Position numbers and translations under genes: made by a program
DNA from: Deltaproteobacteria bacterium
GTDB taxonomy: Bacteria; Desulfobacterota; Syntrophia; Syntrophales; Smithellaceae
Direction of reading: 5' to 3'
Length of the DNA: 64,000 bases
Assembly: GCA_012729055.1 (NCBI GenBank)
Contig: JAAYDW010000032.1
Coordinates: 1,839-65,838 of the forward strand
The notes under the pieces: model-generated
What the model saw: only the letters and a program-made list of their open reading frames with translations
What the model was told of the DNA's origin: nothing
Database searches by the model: none
Shown: positions 9,921 through 18,725 of the stretch, piece after piece
How the letters are laid out: every line of letters begins with the position of its first letter
Position numbering within the stretch: position 1 is the first letter of the stretch

Positions 9921-10472
9921 TTATTCTCCTGGCGGCTGGAGGAGTTTTCGCAGTTCGTCGGCAAAAATGTCACAGGTGTTTTGGTCGAACAAGACGTGGC
10001 GGATGAGCTGAATCTCCGTATTTTCCCCGGCGAAGTCCAGGCAGGCGGAAAGCGCAATGCGCGCGGCTTCATTGATCGGGTAGCCGTAAACCCCGCAGCT
10101 GATCGCCGGAAACGCGATGCTGTGCAGGCCCCGGCGCTTGGCGAGCTGAAGGCTGCTGGCATAAGCGGACGAAAGCAGCCGGGCTTCGCCGTGTCCGCCT
10201 CCGCGGTACACGGGACCGACGGTGTGGATGACATAACGGGCCTTGAGATTGCCGCCTGTCGTGATCACGGCCTCGCCCGTCGGACAGCCGCCGATTTTGC
10301 GGCATTCGGCCATGATGGCGGGGCCGCCGGCGCGGTGAATGGCCCCGTCGACGCCCGCGCCGCCCGCAAGCCGGCTGTTGGCGGCATTGACGATGGCGTC
10401 GGTTTCTTCTTCGGTAATGTCTCCGCGGACGAGTTCGATGACGGTTTGATTTCCGGTGATGCGCATGCTCAT
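9921..10472 (-). CDS. macro-domain protein, O-acetyl-ADP-ribose deacetylase (YmdB-like)
   Basis: GDITEEETDAIVNAAN...GGGVDGAIH-like motifs and IAFPAISCGVYGYP. Start is ATG 10472 (ATGA overlap with the upstream stop) or ATG 10466 (GGAGGA SD). Confidence 0.9.
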   Translation of the reverse strand: MSMRITGNQTVIELVRGDITEEETDAIVNAANSRLAGGAGVDGAIHRAGGPAIMAECRKIGGCPTGEAVITTGGNLKARYVIHTVGPVYRGGGHGEARLLSSAYASSLQLAKRRGLHSIAFPAISCGVYGYPINEAARIALSACLDFAGENTEIQLIRHVLFDQNTCDIFADELRKLLQPPGE

Positions 10473-12127
10473 TCCTCCCCGGTGATCCGCGTTCCTTCTC
10501 CGTAAACCAGCATCCGGTAGGTTTTTTCGATCCGGTCCCAGTTTTCCTCGCGGTCCATCGACCAGTAGCGTCCGATGACGGACACCACCTGCCCCAAACC
10601 GAGCGACAGACATTTTTCCTCCACCTGCCGGATGTAGCGAGCGCCGCTTGCGGCTTGTTCGCCGCGCCGCCCCAGCATGGAGTGGATGTACAAACGGGGA
10701 ACGCCCCGGCCGGCGGCCATGTCCATCAGGGCAAACAGGTGGTCGATCGAGCCGTGCGAACTGAAAAATGAGACGATTCCCATGAGGTGCAGCGCCCGGT
10801 CGTTTTTGACGGCCCGGTCCATGGCGCGGAGGAAAACGTCGTTTTGAGAAAAATCCTGCCGGGCGATCGACCGGTCGATATTCAGGCGGTCGGAGTAAAT
10901 GCGCCGGCCCGCGCCGATGTGCAGATGCCCCGCTTCGGAGTTGCCCACGGTTCCGGCGGGAAGACCCACAGCCAGGCCGGAGGCGGCGAGCCGCGCCGAA
11001 GGGAAGTCGCGAAGCAGCCGGTCCATCACCGGCGTGTCGGCGCAGGCGATCAGGTTATCCTGGGTGTTGTCACACAAACCCCAGCCGTCAAGAATGATCA
11101 ACAGCAGGCGCGAAACGGGGGCAGAGCAGGAGGGCTTGTCCGCAATCAGCGAGGCGCCGGTCATGGACGCAGGGCCGGGCAGGTCCAGCAAGTCCAGAAC
11201 CGTCGGAGCGATGTCCGTCAGTTCTCCTGCGGATTTCAGCGTCAGGTTTTGCTCCGGGTGCAGAAGAACAAAAGGCACGGGGCTGTCCGTATGTCCGGTG
11301 TCCACACCGCCGTTCGGGTAGCGCCATTTTTCCACCGTGCCGTGGTCGGCTGTGACGATGACGGTCATCTTTTCGCGGGCCGCTTCTTCGATGAGCAGTC
11401 CGGCATGGCGGTCCACCGCCGCGACGGCCCGGAGCACCGCCGGTTCGTTTTCAATATGGCCGACGACGTCGACGTTCGGAAGATTGACCACGATGAACCG
11501 GCAGGACGGATCCCGGATCTTCGCCAGCGCCGCGCGGGTGATGTCCGCAATCGACATTTCCGGCGCTTCGTCAAACAGTTTGACGTCCTTGCGCGTCGGA
11601 ATGACGATTCTTTCCTCGTTTCGCAGCGGGTCGGCTTTCTTGCCGTTGAAGAAGAAGCCGACATGAACCGCTTTTTCCGCTTCCGTGATCTTGGCCTGGG
11701 TGAAGCCCCGGCTGGCCAGGATATCGCTTAGCGTATCCGTCAGAACGCCCTGGGGCGGAAAAGCCACGTCGACATCCAAACCCTTCTGATATTCGATCAT
11801 CGTCGCAAAGTGGACGGGAAGATTGTCGTGGACGGGAAATCCGCGAAAGCCTTTTTCCGTAAAACTGCGCGTCAGTTCGATTTCGCGTTCGCCGCGGATA
11901 TTGTAAAAAATAATGGAGTCGTCCGGGGATATTCTTCCCAGCGGATTTTGCCGGGCGTCGGCAAGCACCAGCGGGAGAAGCGTCTCATCCTCCTGTCCCT
12001 GCGTGTAGGCGTCGGCAACCGCGCGGGACATGGGGAAGGAAATTTTTGTAGAGCACATGGGGGTATCCGTCTGTCCGTTTTTGGAGTGTATTTTTTCGAA
12101 GGAGTTATCTAGCGAAATAATGTCCAC
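10469..12127 (-). CDS. gpmI: 2,3-bisphosphoglycerate-independent phosphoglycerate mutase, circularly permuted domain order
   Basis: All iPGM signature blocks are present once, but reordered. Residues ~33-328 match the canonical C-terminal two thirds (IFYNIRGER, EAEKAVHVGFFFNG, DVVGH, TADHGT, TGHT). Residues ~339-552 match the canonical N-terminus (ILDGWG, VGNSEAGHLHIGAGR, GRYWSMDREENWDRIEKTY). Start codon is uncertain (GTG 12127 has no clear SD). Confidence 0.85.
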   Translation of the reverse strand: MDIISLDNSFEKIHSKNGQTDTPMCSTKISFPMSRAVADAYTQGQEDETLLPLVLADARQNPLGRISPDDSIIFYNIRGEREIELTRSFTEKGFRGFPVHDNLPVHFATMIEYQKGLDVDVAFPPQGVLTDTLSDILASRGFTQAKITEAEKAVHVGFFFNGKKADPLRNEERIVIPTRKDVKLFDEAPEMSIADITRAALAKIRDPSCRFIVVNLPNVDVVGHIENEPAVLRAVAAVDRHAGLLIEEAAREKMTVIVTADHGTVEKWRYPNGGVDTGHTDSPVPFVLLHPEQNLTLKSAGELTDIAPTVLDLLDLPGPASMTGASLIADKPSCSAPVSRLLLIILDGWGLCDNTQDNLIACADTPVMDRLLRDFPSARLAASGLAVGLPAGTVGNSEAGHLHIGAGRRIYSDRLNIDRSIARQDFSQNDVFLRAMDRAVKNDRALHLMGIVSFFSSHGSIDHLFALMDMAAGRGVPRLYIHSMLGRRGEQAASGARYIRQVEEKCLSLGLGQVVSVIGRYWSMDREENWDRIEKTYRMLVYGEGTRITGEE

Positions 12128-12184
12128 CTGTAAAGAGAAAAGATTGTCGCGCCTGGGCGCGGGAAAGCCTTTTAAACTTGAAAA

Positions 12185-12196
12185 TTAAGCGCTTAA
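12185..12196. promoter_or_regulatory. perfect 12-bp palindrome TTAAGCGCTTAA in the divergent gpmI / pcm-operon intergenic region
   Basis: Read directly. It lies just after a CTTGAAA -35-like hexamer. Confidence 0.3.
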
Positions 12197-12243
12197 ATGA
12201 TAGAGGGCTCGAAAAGCGCGCGTAAGGAAGGTTTTGAGGATTC

Positions 12244-12636
12244 ATGCAGTCGCCCGGCTCAGGGAAACCCAATCAGCACGAGAGTCTGTGCGAAGAACTC
12301 CTCCGGGAGCGGGCGGCGGTTTTGAGTCGGGCCGGCTTTGCCGTGGAAGACGCGCTTGAGAAGCTTCTCAAGATCGACGGCGAGATCGAAGCAAGGATCC
12401 GGTACTGGCGGACCAAACTTCAGGAGGCCTCCGCCGGCGGGTTCCTGCCGGACCGGCAGTCGATTTTTGAAGATATCAATTCGATCATCGATCAGTACAA
12501 CACGGCCTGCCGGAAAGCCGAAATCCAGTTTTACTATCTGATCGTGACCCGTGAAGCGATGGGCCTGAGACGGCACGAAACGGTGCACCGGCTCTACCGG
12601 GTCCCCCCGAAAAAGAAAAAAATACAGGCCATTTAA
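12244..12636 (+). CDS. hypothetical helical protein, translationally coupled to pcm
   Basis: 130-aa ORF with protein-like composition. Its stop overlaps the pcm start (TAATG). Confidence 0.55.
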   Translation: MQSPGSGKPNQHESLCEELLRERAAVLSRAGFAVEDALEKLLKIDGEIEARIRYWRTKLQEASAGGFLPDRQSIFEDINSIIDQYNTACRKAEIQFYYLIVTREAMGLRRHETVHRLYRVPPKKKKIQAI

Positions 12637-13289
12637 TGGACAGGTACAAAAAACAACGCACACGGATGGTGGAAACGCAGCTGCGGTCCCGTTCAATCAA
12701 AGACGAGCGCGTTTTAAAGGTGATGGTGGCGGTTCCGCGCCATCTTTTCGTGGATGAAGGCCTGATCGATCAGGCGTACAACGACAATCCCCTGCCGATC
12801 GGCGAGCGGCAAACCATCTCGCAGCCTTACATTGTCGCCCTGATGACCGAGGCTCTGGAACTCAAGGGTAGGGAGCGGGTGCTGGAAATCGGCACAGGGT
12901 CCGGCTACCAAACCGCCATCCTGGCCAAACTGGCGGACCGCGTGTTTTCCATCGAGCGCGTGGCGGCGCTGGCCGGGCGGGCGCGCAAGATTCTGGACCG
13001 GCTCAACTGCTACAACGTTGCCATCCGCGTCGGCGACGGTTCCTACGGCTGGAAGGAGGAAGCGCCTTTTGACGCGATCATTACAACCGCCGCGGCGCCC
13101 CAGATTCCCCCTTACTTGGTCGAGCAACTGGCGCCGGGCGGCAAAATGGTTGTGCCGGTGGGAAACCGTGACGTCCAGACGCTTTACAAACTGACGCGTT
13201 CGCTGGAAAATCCGGCGGAAGTGAAGAAGGAAGATTTGGGCGGCTGCCGGTTTGTCAGCCTGATCGGGGAGAGCGGATGGAAGGAATGA
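12636..13289 (+). CDS. pcm: protein-L-isoaspartate O-methyltransferase
   Basis: QTISQPYIVALM and LEIGTGSGYQTA motifs. Confidence 0.95.
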   Translation: MDRYKKQRTRMVETQLRSRSIKDERVLKVMVAVPRHLFVDEGLIDQAYNDNPLPIGERQTISQPYIVALMTEALELKGRERVLEIGTGSGYQTAILAKLADRVFSIERVAALAGRARKILDRLNCYNVAIRVGDGSYGWKEEAPFDAIITTAAAPQIPPYLVEQLAPGGKMVVPVGNRDVQTLYKLTRSLENPAEVKKEDLGGCRFVSLIGESGWKE

Positions 13290-14218
13290 CCCGGACGACC
13301 GGCGACCGGCGGGAGAGATCCGGTTGGAGACGTTATTGCGGCGCCTGTTTGCCTCTTCTGATCCTGTTTTTGTTCCTGCTGGTTTCCTGCGCCGGCCCCC
13401 AGACGGTCAAAACGCCGGCCAGGGGTGTGTACCATATCGTAAAAAAAGGCGAAACGGCTTATAGCATCGCCCGCGCATACGGCATCAGCCTGCAGGATCT
13501 GGCGGAAGTCAACAATATCAGCGATGTGTCAAATATTCCGGAAGGTTCGGTCATCTTTATTCCCGCCGCCGATTCGGTCATTGACGATGTCATGGCTTCT
13601 GCCGGAAAATCCGGGGAGGTCCGCCGGGACGGCGGCGGAAAAGATCAGAAAACTTCCGCTGACAAACCACCCCGAGCGGCTGAAACACCGCCGGCGATAA
13701 AGACGCCCGCGGCAAAGCCGGGGGGAGGCGAAACGGCGGCCGCGGGGCCGGCCGTTCCAGCGCCGCCGACTCCGCCCGAAAAGCCCCGCGCCGGAGTCGT
13801 TGAAAAACCGGCCGCGGGAGAAACGAAGGAGGACGTCAAGCGGGAGAAGGGCCGGTTCGACTGGCCGGTCAACGGGATCGTGAAAACCCGTTTCGGCATT
13901 CAGCCCAATAAAACCTATCATAACTGGATACAAATCGTCTGCCCGCCCGGCGCACGGGTCCGCGCGGCGGCCGCCGGAACGGTCATTTTTTCGGCCGCAT
14001 TGAAAGGTTTCGGCGAAACGATCATTCTCCGGCATGCGGGCGACTATGCCACGGTCTATACCCATCTTAAAAAACGGAACGTCAAGGCCGATCAGTCCGT
14101 GAAAAAGGGAAAAACCATCGCCTTGGCCGGTGAAACAGACGAGGTGGGGGATACGTTCATCAATTTTGAGATCCGCCTCAAGGGAAAAGCCCGCAATCCC
14201 TTGTTTTACCTGCCCTGA
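13277..14218 (+). CDS. nlpD: LysM-domain M23 family metallopeptidase lipoprotein (NlpD-like)
   Basis: Lipobox LLVSC, LysM (YHIVKKGETAYSIARAYGISLQDLAEVN), Pro/Ala-rich linker and C-terminal M23 domain. Conserved position after pcm. Confidence 0.9.
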   Translation: MEGMTRTTGDRRERSGWRRYCGACLPLLILFLFLLVSCAGPQTVKTPARGVYHIVKKGETAYSIARAYGISLQDLAEVNNISDVSNIPEGSVIFIPAADSVIDDVMASAGKSGEVRRDGGGKDQKTSADKPPRAAETPPAIKTPAAKPGGGETAAAGPAVPAPPTPPEKPRAGVVEKPAAGETKEDVKREKGRFDWPVNGIVKTRFGIQPNKTYHNWIQIVCPPGARVRAAAAGTVIFSAALKGFGETIILRHAGDYATVYTHLKKRNVKADQSVKKGKTIALAGETDEVGDTFINFEIRLKGKARNPLFYLP

Positions 14219-14279
14219 TCCGTCCGGGATTTTCCTGTGGATAGCTTTTTTAAAGCATTTCAGTAAATTGTATTAATCA

Positions 14280-14308
14280 TTGACAAAATAGATGAAACGT
14301 GTTAGCCT
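14280..14308 (+). promoter_or_regulatory. putative sigma70-type promoter of carD (TTGACA-N17-TAGCCT)
   Basis: Hexamers read by eye; the -10 is weak. Confidence 0.3.
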
Positions 14309-14342
14309 GCGGCGTTATTATGGAAAGTCAGGAGTATGCACG

Positions 14343-14828
14343 ATGTTTAAAGTAGGAGATTTGGCCGTTTATCCGGCACAAGGGGTCGGTGTCATCGAAG
14401 CCATTGAAAATAGAGAAGTGATGGGTAAAAAACAGCCTTTTTACGTGATGAAAATCATGGGCAACGGGATGAAGATCATGATTCCTACCAACTCTGCGAA
14501 GGCTGTCGGCCTTCGCGAGGTCATTCTGGAGAAAGAAATTCCGAAAGTTTACGAAATATTACGCAACAAGGACGTCACCATCGACAAGCAAACCTGGAAT
14601 AAGCGCTATCGGGAGTATCTCGAGAAGATTAAAACCGGCTCCGTCTTTGAAATCGCGAGTGTCCTGCGGGATCTGTTCATTCTCAAAAGCGACAAAAACC
14701 TTTCTTTCGGCGAGCGGAAGATGATGGATACCGCCAAAAATCTGCTGGTCAAGGAAATTTCCGTCGCCACCAACGCACAGGAAGCCAAAGTCGAACGTGA
14801 TTTGCAGATGATTTTTACGGTTCAATAA
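14343..14828 (+). CDS. carD: CarD/CdnL family transcriptional regulator
   Basis: MFKVGDLAVYPAQGVGVIEAIE... is a typical CarD_TRCF RNAP-interacting domain. ATG 14343 is preceded by CAGGAG. Confidence 0.9.
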   Translation: MFKVGDLAVYPAQGVGVIEAIENREVMGKKQPFYVMKIMGNGMKIMIPTNSAKAVGLREVILEKEIPKVYEILRNKDVTIDKQTWNKRYREYLEKIKTGSVFEIASVLRDLFILKSDKNLSFGERKMMDTAKNLLVKEISVATNAQEAKVERDLQMIFTVQ

Positions 14829-14981
14829 CCACCCATTCATACTATTTTATTTATTCTGCTGCTCTTTGATAACTGAAGAAGGGATCTTCTTGTTTCAGGG
14901 AAGATAAAGAAGCCTCCGAAGTTCAAGTAGCATTGGAGCCTGATTTTATTAAAGGTTCGAGGTTTTATTACCAGAAAGGAG

Positions 14982-16010
14982 GTGAAACGTTTGGTCATAA
15001 GAGTATTATTGGTTTTAGCGTGTTCGATCAGCGGTTATTTTATTGCTTATTATGTGATGGCGGCGACCAGTTCGTATGCTGTTTTCCAGGCAATATTCGG
15101 CTTTATTATAGGCTTAGGCGTCGCGCTGCTGGTCATCAGGATTGAGAAGGATATCCGCAAACTGTCTTTACGAATCATTGCCGGCGGTGTGATCGGCATG
15201 GTGATCGGCTTGCTGATTGCGTTGATTCTGGGTTTTGGCCTGAACATGGTCATCAAAATCACACAGGATCAGCAGGTAGTCCCTTGGATCTATTTGCTTT
15301 TGACGGGGATTTTGGGGTATCTGGGTCTTGTCCTGGGATCAAAAAAGGCGGAGGAAGTTATTTTTCATTCCGCCGAGGCCAAGGCGCCCGTTGATCATCG
15401 TTTGCTGGACACCAGCGTGATCATTGACGGAAGAATCGCGGATATTTGCGATACGGGGTTCGTCGACGGAGAACTGATTGTTCCCCGTTTCGTACTCAAC
15501 GAGCTTCAGTTTATCGCGGATTCGTCGGATTCGATGAAGCGGTCGCGGGGGCGCCGGGGGCTCGATGTCCTCAACCGAATGCAGAAAAGCACCGCCATCA
15601 GCATTGAAATTGTCGAACAGGATTTTCCGAAAATCAAGGGAGTGGACGGGAAACTCGTCGCCCTGGCGCAGAAGCTGAACGCCAAACTGATGACAAATGA
15701 TTACAATCTGAACAAGGTCGCGGAGTTGCAGGGTGTGCGGGTGCTGAACGTCAATGAGCTCGCCAACGCAATGAAACCGGTGGTTCTGCCCGGCGAACAG
15801 ATGGTGGTCAAGATCATCCGGGAAGGCAAGGAACCCGGACAGGGAGTCGGTTACCTGGATGATGGAACCATGATCATTGTGGATGGCGGCCAGAGGATGA
15901 TCAACACGACCGTGGACGTGATCGTTACCAGTGTTCTGCAGACGACAGCCGGCCGGATGATTTTCACGGAATTGAAAGAGGCCGCCGAAAAGCGAAGCAA
16001 TAATAAGTAA
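14982..16010 (+). CDS. yacL: membrane-anchored PIN/TRAM domain protein (YacL family)
   Basis: N-terminal TM helices, then a PIN domain (LLDTSVIIDGRI) and a C-terminal TRAM domain. GTG start is preceded by AAAGGAGG. Confidence 0.85.
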   Translation: MKRLVIRVLLVLACSISGYFIAYYVMAATSSYAVFQAIFGFIIGLGVALLVIRIEKDIRKLSLRIIAGGVIGMVIGLLIALILGFGLNMVIKITQDQQVVPWIYLLLTGILGYLGLVLGSKKAEEVIFHSAEAKAPVDHRLLDTSVIIDGRIADICDTGFVDGELIVPRFVLNELQFIADSSDSMKRSRGRRGLDVLNRMQKSTAISIEIVEQDFPKIKGVDGKLVALAQKLNAKLMTNDYNLNKVAELQGVRVLNVNELANAMKPVVLPGEQMVVKIIREGKEPGQGVGYLDDGTMIIVDGGQRMINTTVDVIVTSVLQTTAGRMIFTELKEAAEKRSNNK

Positions 16011-16088
16011 TGGTGTTTTAAACGGAAAGAAAAGCCTTTGGCAAGGAGGCCCGGAAATATTTCCGGGCCTTTTTTCTTTGGGGTGATC

Positions 16089-17276
16089 ATGAAAACTGTG
16101 GCTATTATTCCAGCCGGCGGATCCGGCAAGAGACTGGGCGCCGATGTCGCCAAACAGTACCTTTTGCTGGGTGGCCTGCCTGTGCTGGTCCGGACGCTTA
16201 TCGTATTTCAAAAATCCGTTGCCGTGGACGAAATCATTCTGGCGGTTCCCGCCGAGGATCTGGCGTCCGTCCGGAAGCAGTTTATCGTGCCCTACGGTTT
16301 GACGAAAGTTTCCGCCGTGGTGGCCGGAGGAAAAGAGCGTCAGGATTCCGTCCGCAACGGCCTTGCGGCCGCAAGACGGCCATGCGGCGTTGTCGTCGTT
16401 CACGACGGCGTGCGTCCCTTCGTGACCGGGGACATGATTGCGCGGGTTGTGGAAGCCGCCGCTAGGGACGGCGCCGCCGCCATCGGCGTTCCGGCCAAGG
16501 ACACGATCAAGGAAACGACGGATGCCCGGGTAGTGACGGCGACGCTGCCGCGCCGCAATTTATGGCAGACGCAGACGCCGCAGGCTTTTCGATATGATCT
16601 TTTGCGCCGGGCCTATGACCAGGCTGCGCGGGACAGCTTTTTCGGTACGGACGACGCGTCGCTGGTCGAACGCCTGGGCGCTCCCGTCCGCCTGCTTTCC
16701 GGAGCCTATGAAAATATCAAAATCACGACGCCGGAGGATCTGGTGATTGCCGAGGCGTTTTTGACCAAACAGGAGAAGAATGCAATGACCTTTCTATGCG
16801 GCCTGGGATATGACAGCCACCGCTTTGCTTCCGGAAGGAAACTGGTTCTGGGAGGCGTGGAAATCCCCTTCGAGCGGGGTCTGGCCGGACATTCCGACGC
16901 GGATGCGCTTCTTCACGCCGTCTGCGACGCGCTTTTGGGCCTGGCCGGAGCGGGAGATATCGGCCGCCATTTTCCGGACACGGATCCGGCTTACAAAGAC
17001 ATTTCCAGTCTTCTCCTTCTGGAACGGGTGGGAAAAATGCTCGCGGACCGGAATATCCGCATTCATCACATCGACGCTACCGTTTTGACGGAAAAGCCCA
17101 AACTGTCGCCGTATGCGCCGCTCATGGCCGCCAACATTGCCGGGACGCTGCGCATTCCGGAGACGTCCGTGAACATCAAGGCTAAAACCAACGAAGGCAT
17201 GGGATTTGTGGGGCGCGGGGAAGGCGTTGCCGTAGAGGCCGTCGCCACCGGCGCGGAAGGGGGAAAAAATGACTGA
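16089..17276 (+). CDS. ispDF: bifunctional 2-C-methyl-D-erythritol 4-phosphate cytidylyltransferase / 2,4-cyclodiphosphate synthase
   Basis: IspD N-terminus AIIPAGGSGKRLG. IspF half has GLGYDSHRF and HSDADALLHA. Confidence 0.95.
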   Translation: MKTVAIIPAGGSGKRLGADVAKQYLLLGGLPVLVRTLIVFQKSVAVDEIILAVPAEDLASVRKQFIVPYGLTKVSAVVAGGKERQDSVRNGLAAARRPCGVVVVHDGVRPFVTGDMIARVVEAAARDGAAAIGVPAKDTIKETTDARVVTATLPRRNLWQTQTPQAFRYDLLRRAYDQAARDSFFGTDDASLVERLGAPVRLLSGAYENIKITTPEDLVIAEAFLTKQEKNAMTFLCGLGYDSHRFASGRKLVLGGVEIPFERGLAGHSDADALLHAVCDALLGLAGAGDIGRHFPDTDPAYKDISSLLLLERVGKMLADRNIRIHHIDATVLTEKPKLSPYAPLMAANIAGTLRIPETSVNIKAKTNEGMGFVGRGEGVAVEAVATGAEGGKND

Positions 17277-18708
17277 CGCACCCCGGGTCCGCTTTGCTCC
17301 CTCACCGACCGGCGAACTGCATGTGGGAAATGCGCGCACCGCCCTGTTCAACTGGCTTTTCGCCCGCCATACAAGGGGGCGCCTGATTTTGCGCATTGAA
17401 GATACGGATGAGTCCCGCAGCGCCCTGTCGTATCAGACAAGTCTGATGGACGATCTGAAGTGGTTGGGGCTTTCCTGGGACGAAGGCCCGGACGCGGGCG
17501 GCGGCTGTGGACCCTACCGTCAGAGCGAACGGCTGGAGATCTACGCGGGCTATTTGAAAAAACTGATCGATGCGGAGCTGGTTTATCCCTGCTACTGCAC
17601 GGAAGAGGAACTTGAAGAGGAACGCCGGTCGCTCATTTTAAGCAAACGCATGCCCCGGTACATGGGCAGGTGCCGCAGCCTTACTCCGGACCAGCGCAAA
17701 GCGCGCGAAGCGTCCGGACGCAAGCCCTCCTGGCGTTTCAAGGTTCCCCAGACGACTGTTGAATTTACCGATCTGATCCGCGGGCCGATGCGCTTTGAAG
17801 GCGAGGCCATGGGAGATTTCATCGTCGTGCGCTCCAACGGCATGCCCGCCTACAATTTCGCGGTGGTGATCGACGATTCCCTGATGGCGATTACACACGT
17901 TATCCGGGGCGAAGATCACCTGTCCAACACGGCTTTGCAGATCATGCTGTACCGGGCGCTCGGCTTTGAACCGCCGGTTTTCGCTCATCACTGCCTGATT
18001 CTGGGACGCGACCATGCCAAGTTGAGCAAGCGCCACGGCTCCGTTGCCGTAGGCGAGTTTCGCAGGAGGGGCTTCCTTCCCGAAGCCCTGCTCAATTATC
18101 TGGGCCTGCTCGGCAGTTCGTTTGCCGACGCGAAGGAGGTTTTATCCCGCGACGAAATGGTCGCGGCCTTTTCTCTCGAACGCGCGTCCAAAAGCGGCGC
18201 GGTTTTCGACGAGGACAAACTCAGCTGGCTCAATGCCCTGTACATCCGGAACCTCCACGTGGATGACCTCGTGGAAAGGCTCCGGCCCTTTTTGCGCGAA
18301 GCCGGCTACGCGGAGGAAAAAATCGATCAGCGCCGGCTTGGTGAAATCGTGGCGGCCGTGCAGGGCGAACTGGTGACGTTTGCCGGCATCGGCGGCCACA
18401 TCGATTTATTTTTCGACGACCGCTATGTCCTGACGCCCGAAGCGCGGGCGGTTCTGGCCTCCGACCGGGCGCGGCAGGTCATTTCGTCCTTTAAGGAATA
18501 CCTGGAAAAAGCCTCGGGCGCCCCGCGGGAGATTTACATCGCGGCGATGCAGTACACCCGGGAAAAATCCGGCGCGAAGGGCCGGGACCTGTTTTTGCCG
18601 GTCCGGGCCGCGCTGACCGGAAGGCTTTCCGGCCCGGAGCTCGACCGCGTTTTTGCGATTCTGGGCCCGGCGTCCGCCCGTGAAAGACTTGAACGTCTGA
18701 CGCTGTGA
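17269..18708 (+). CDS. gltX: glutamate--tRNA ligase
   Basis: RFAPSPTGELHVGNARTA (HIGH-type motif) and KLSKRHG (KMSKS-type motif). Confidence 0.95.
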   Translation: MTDAPRVRFAPSPTGELHVGNARTALFNWLFARHTRGRLILRIEDTDESRSALSYQTSLMDDLKWLGLSWDEGPDAGGGCGPYRQSERLEIYAGYLKKLIDAELVYPCYCTEEELEEERRSLILSKRMPRYMGRCRSLTPDQRKAREASGRKPSWRFKVPQTTVEFTDLIRGPMRFEGEAMGDFIVVRSNGMPAYNFAVVIDDSLMAITHVIRGEDHLSNTALQIMLYRALGFEPPVFAHHCLILGRDHAKLSKRHGSVAVGEFRRRGFLPEALLNYLGLLGSSFADAKEVLSRDEMVAAFSLERASKSGAVFDEDKLSWLNALYIRNLHVDDLVERLRPFLREAGYAEEKIDQRRLGEIVAAVQGELVTFAGIGGHIDLFFDDRYVLTPEARAVLASDRARQVISSFKEYLEKASGAPREIYIAAMQYTREKSGAKGRDLFLPVRAALTGRLSGPELDRVFAILGPASARERLERLTL

Positions 18709-18725
18709 AAGCCATGACTTGAAAA

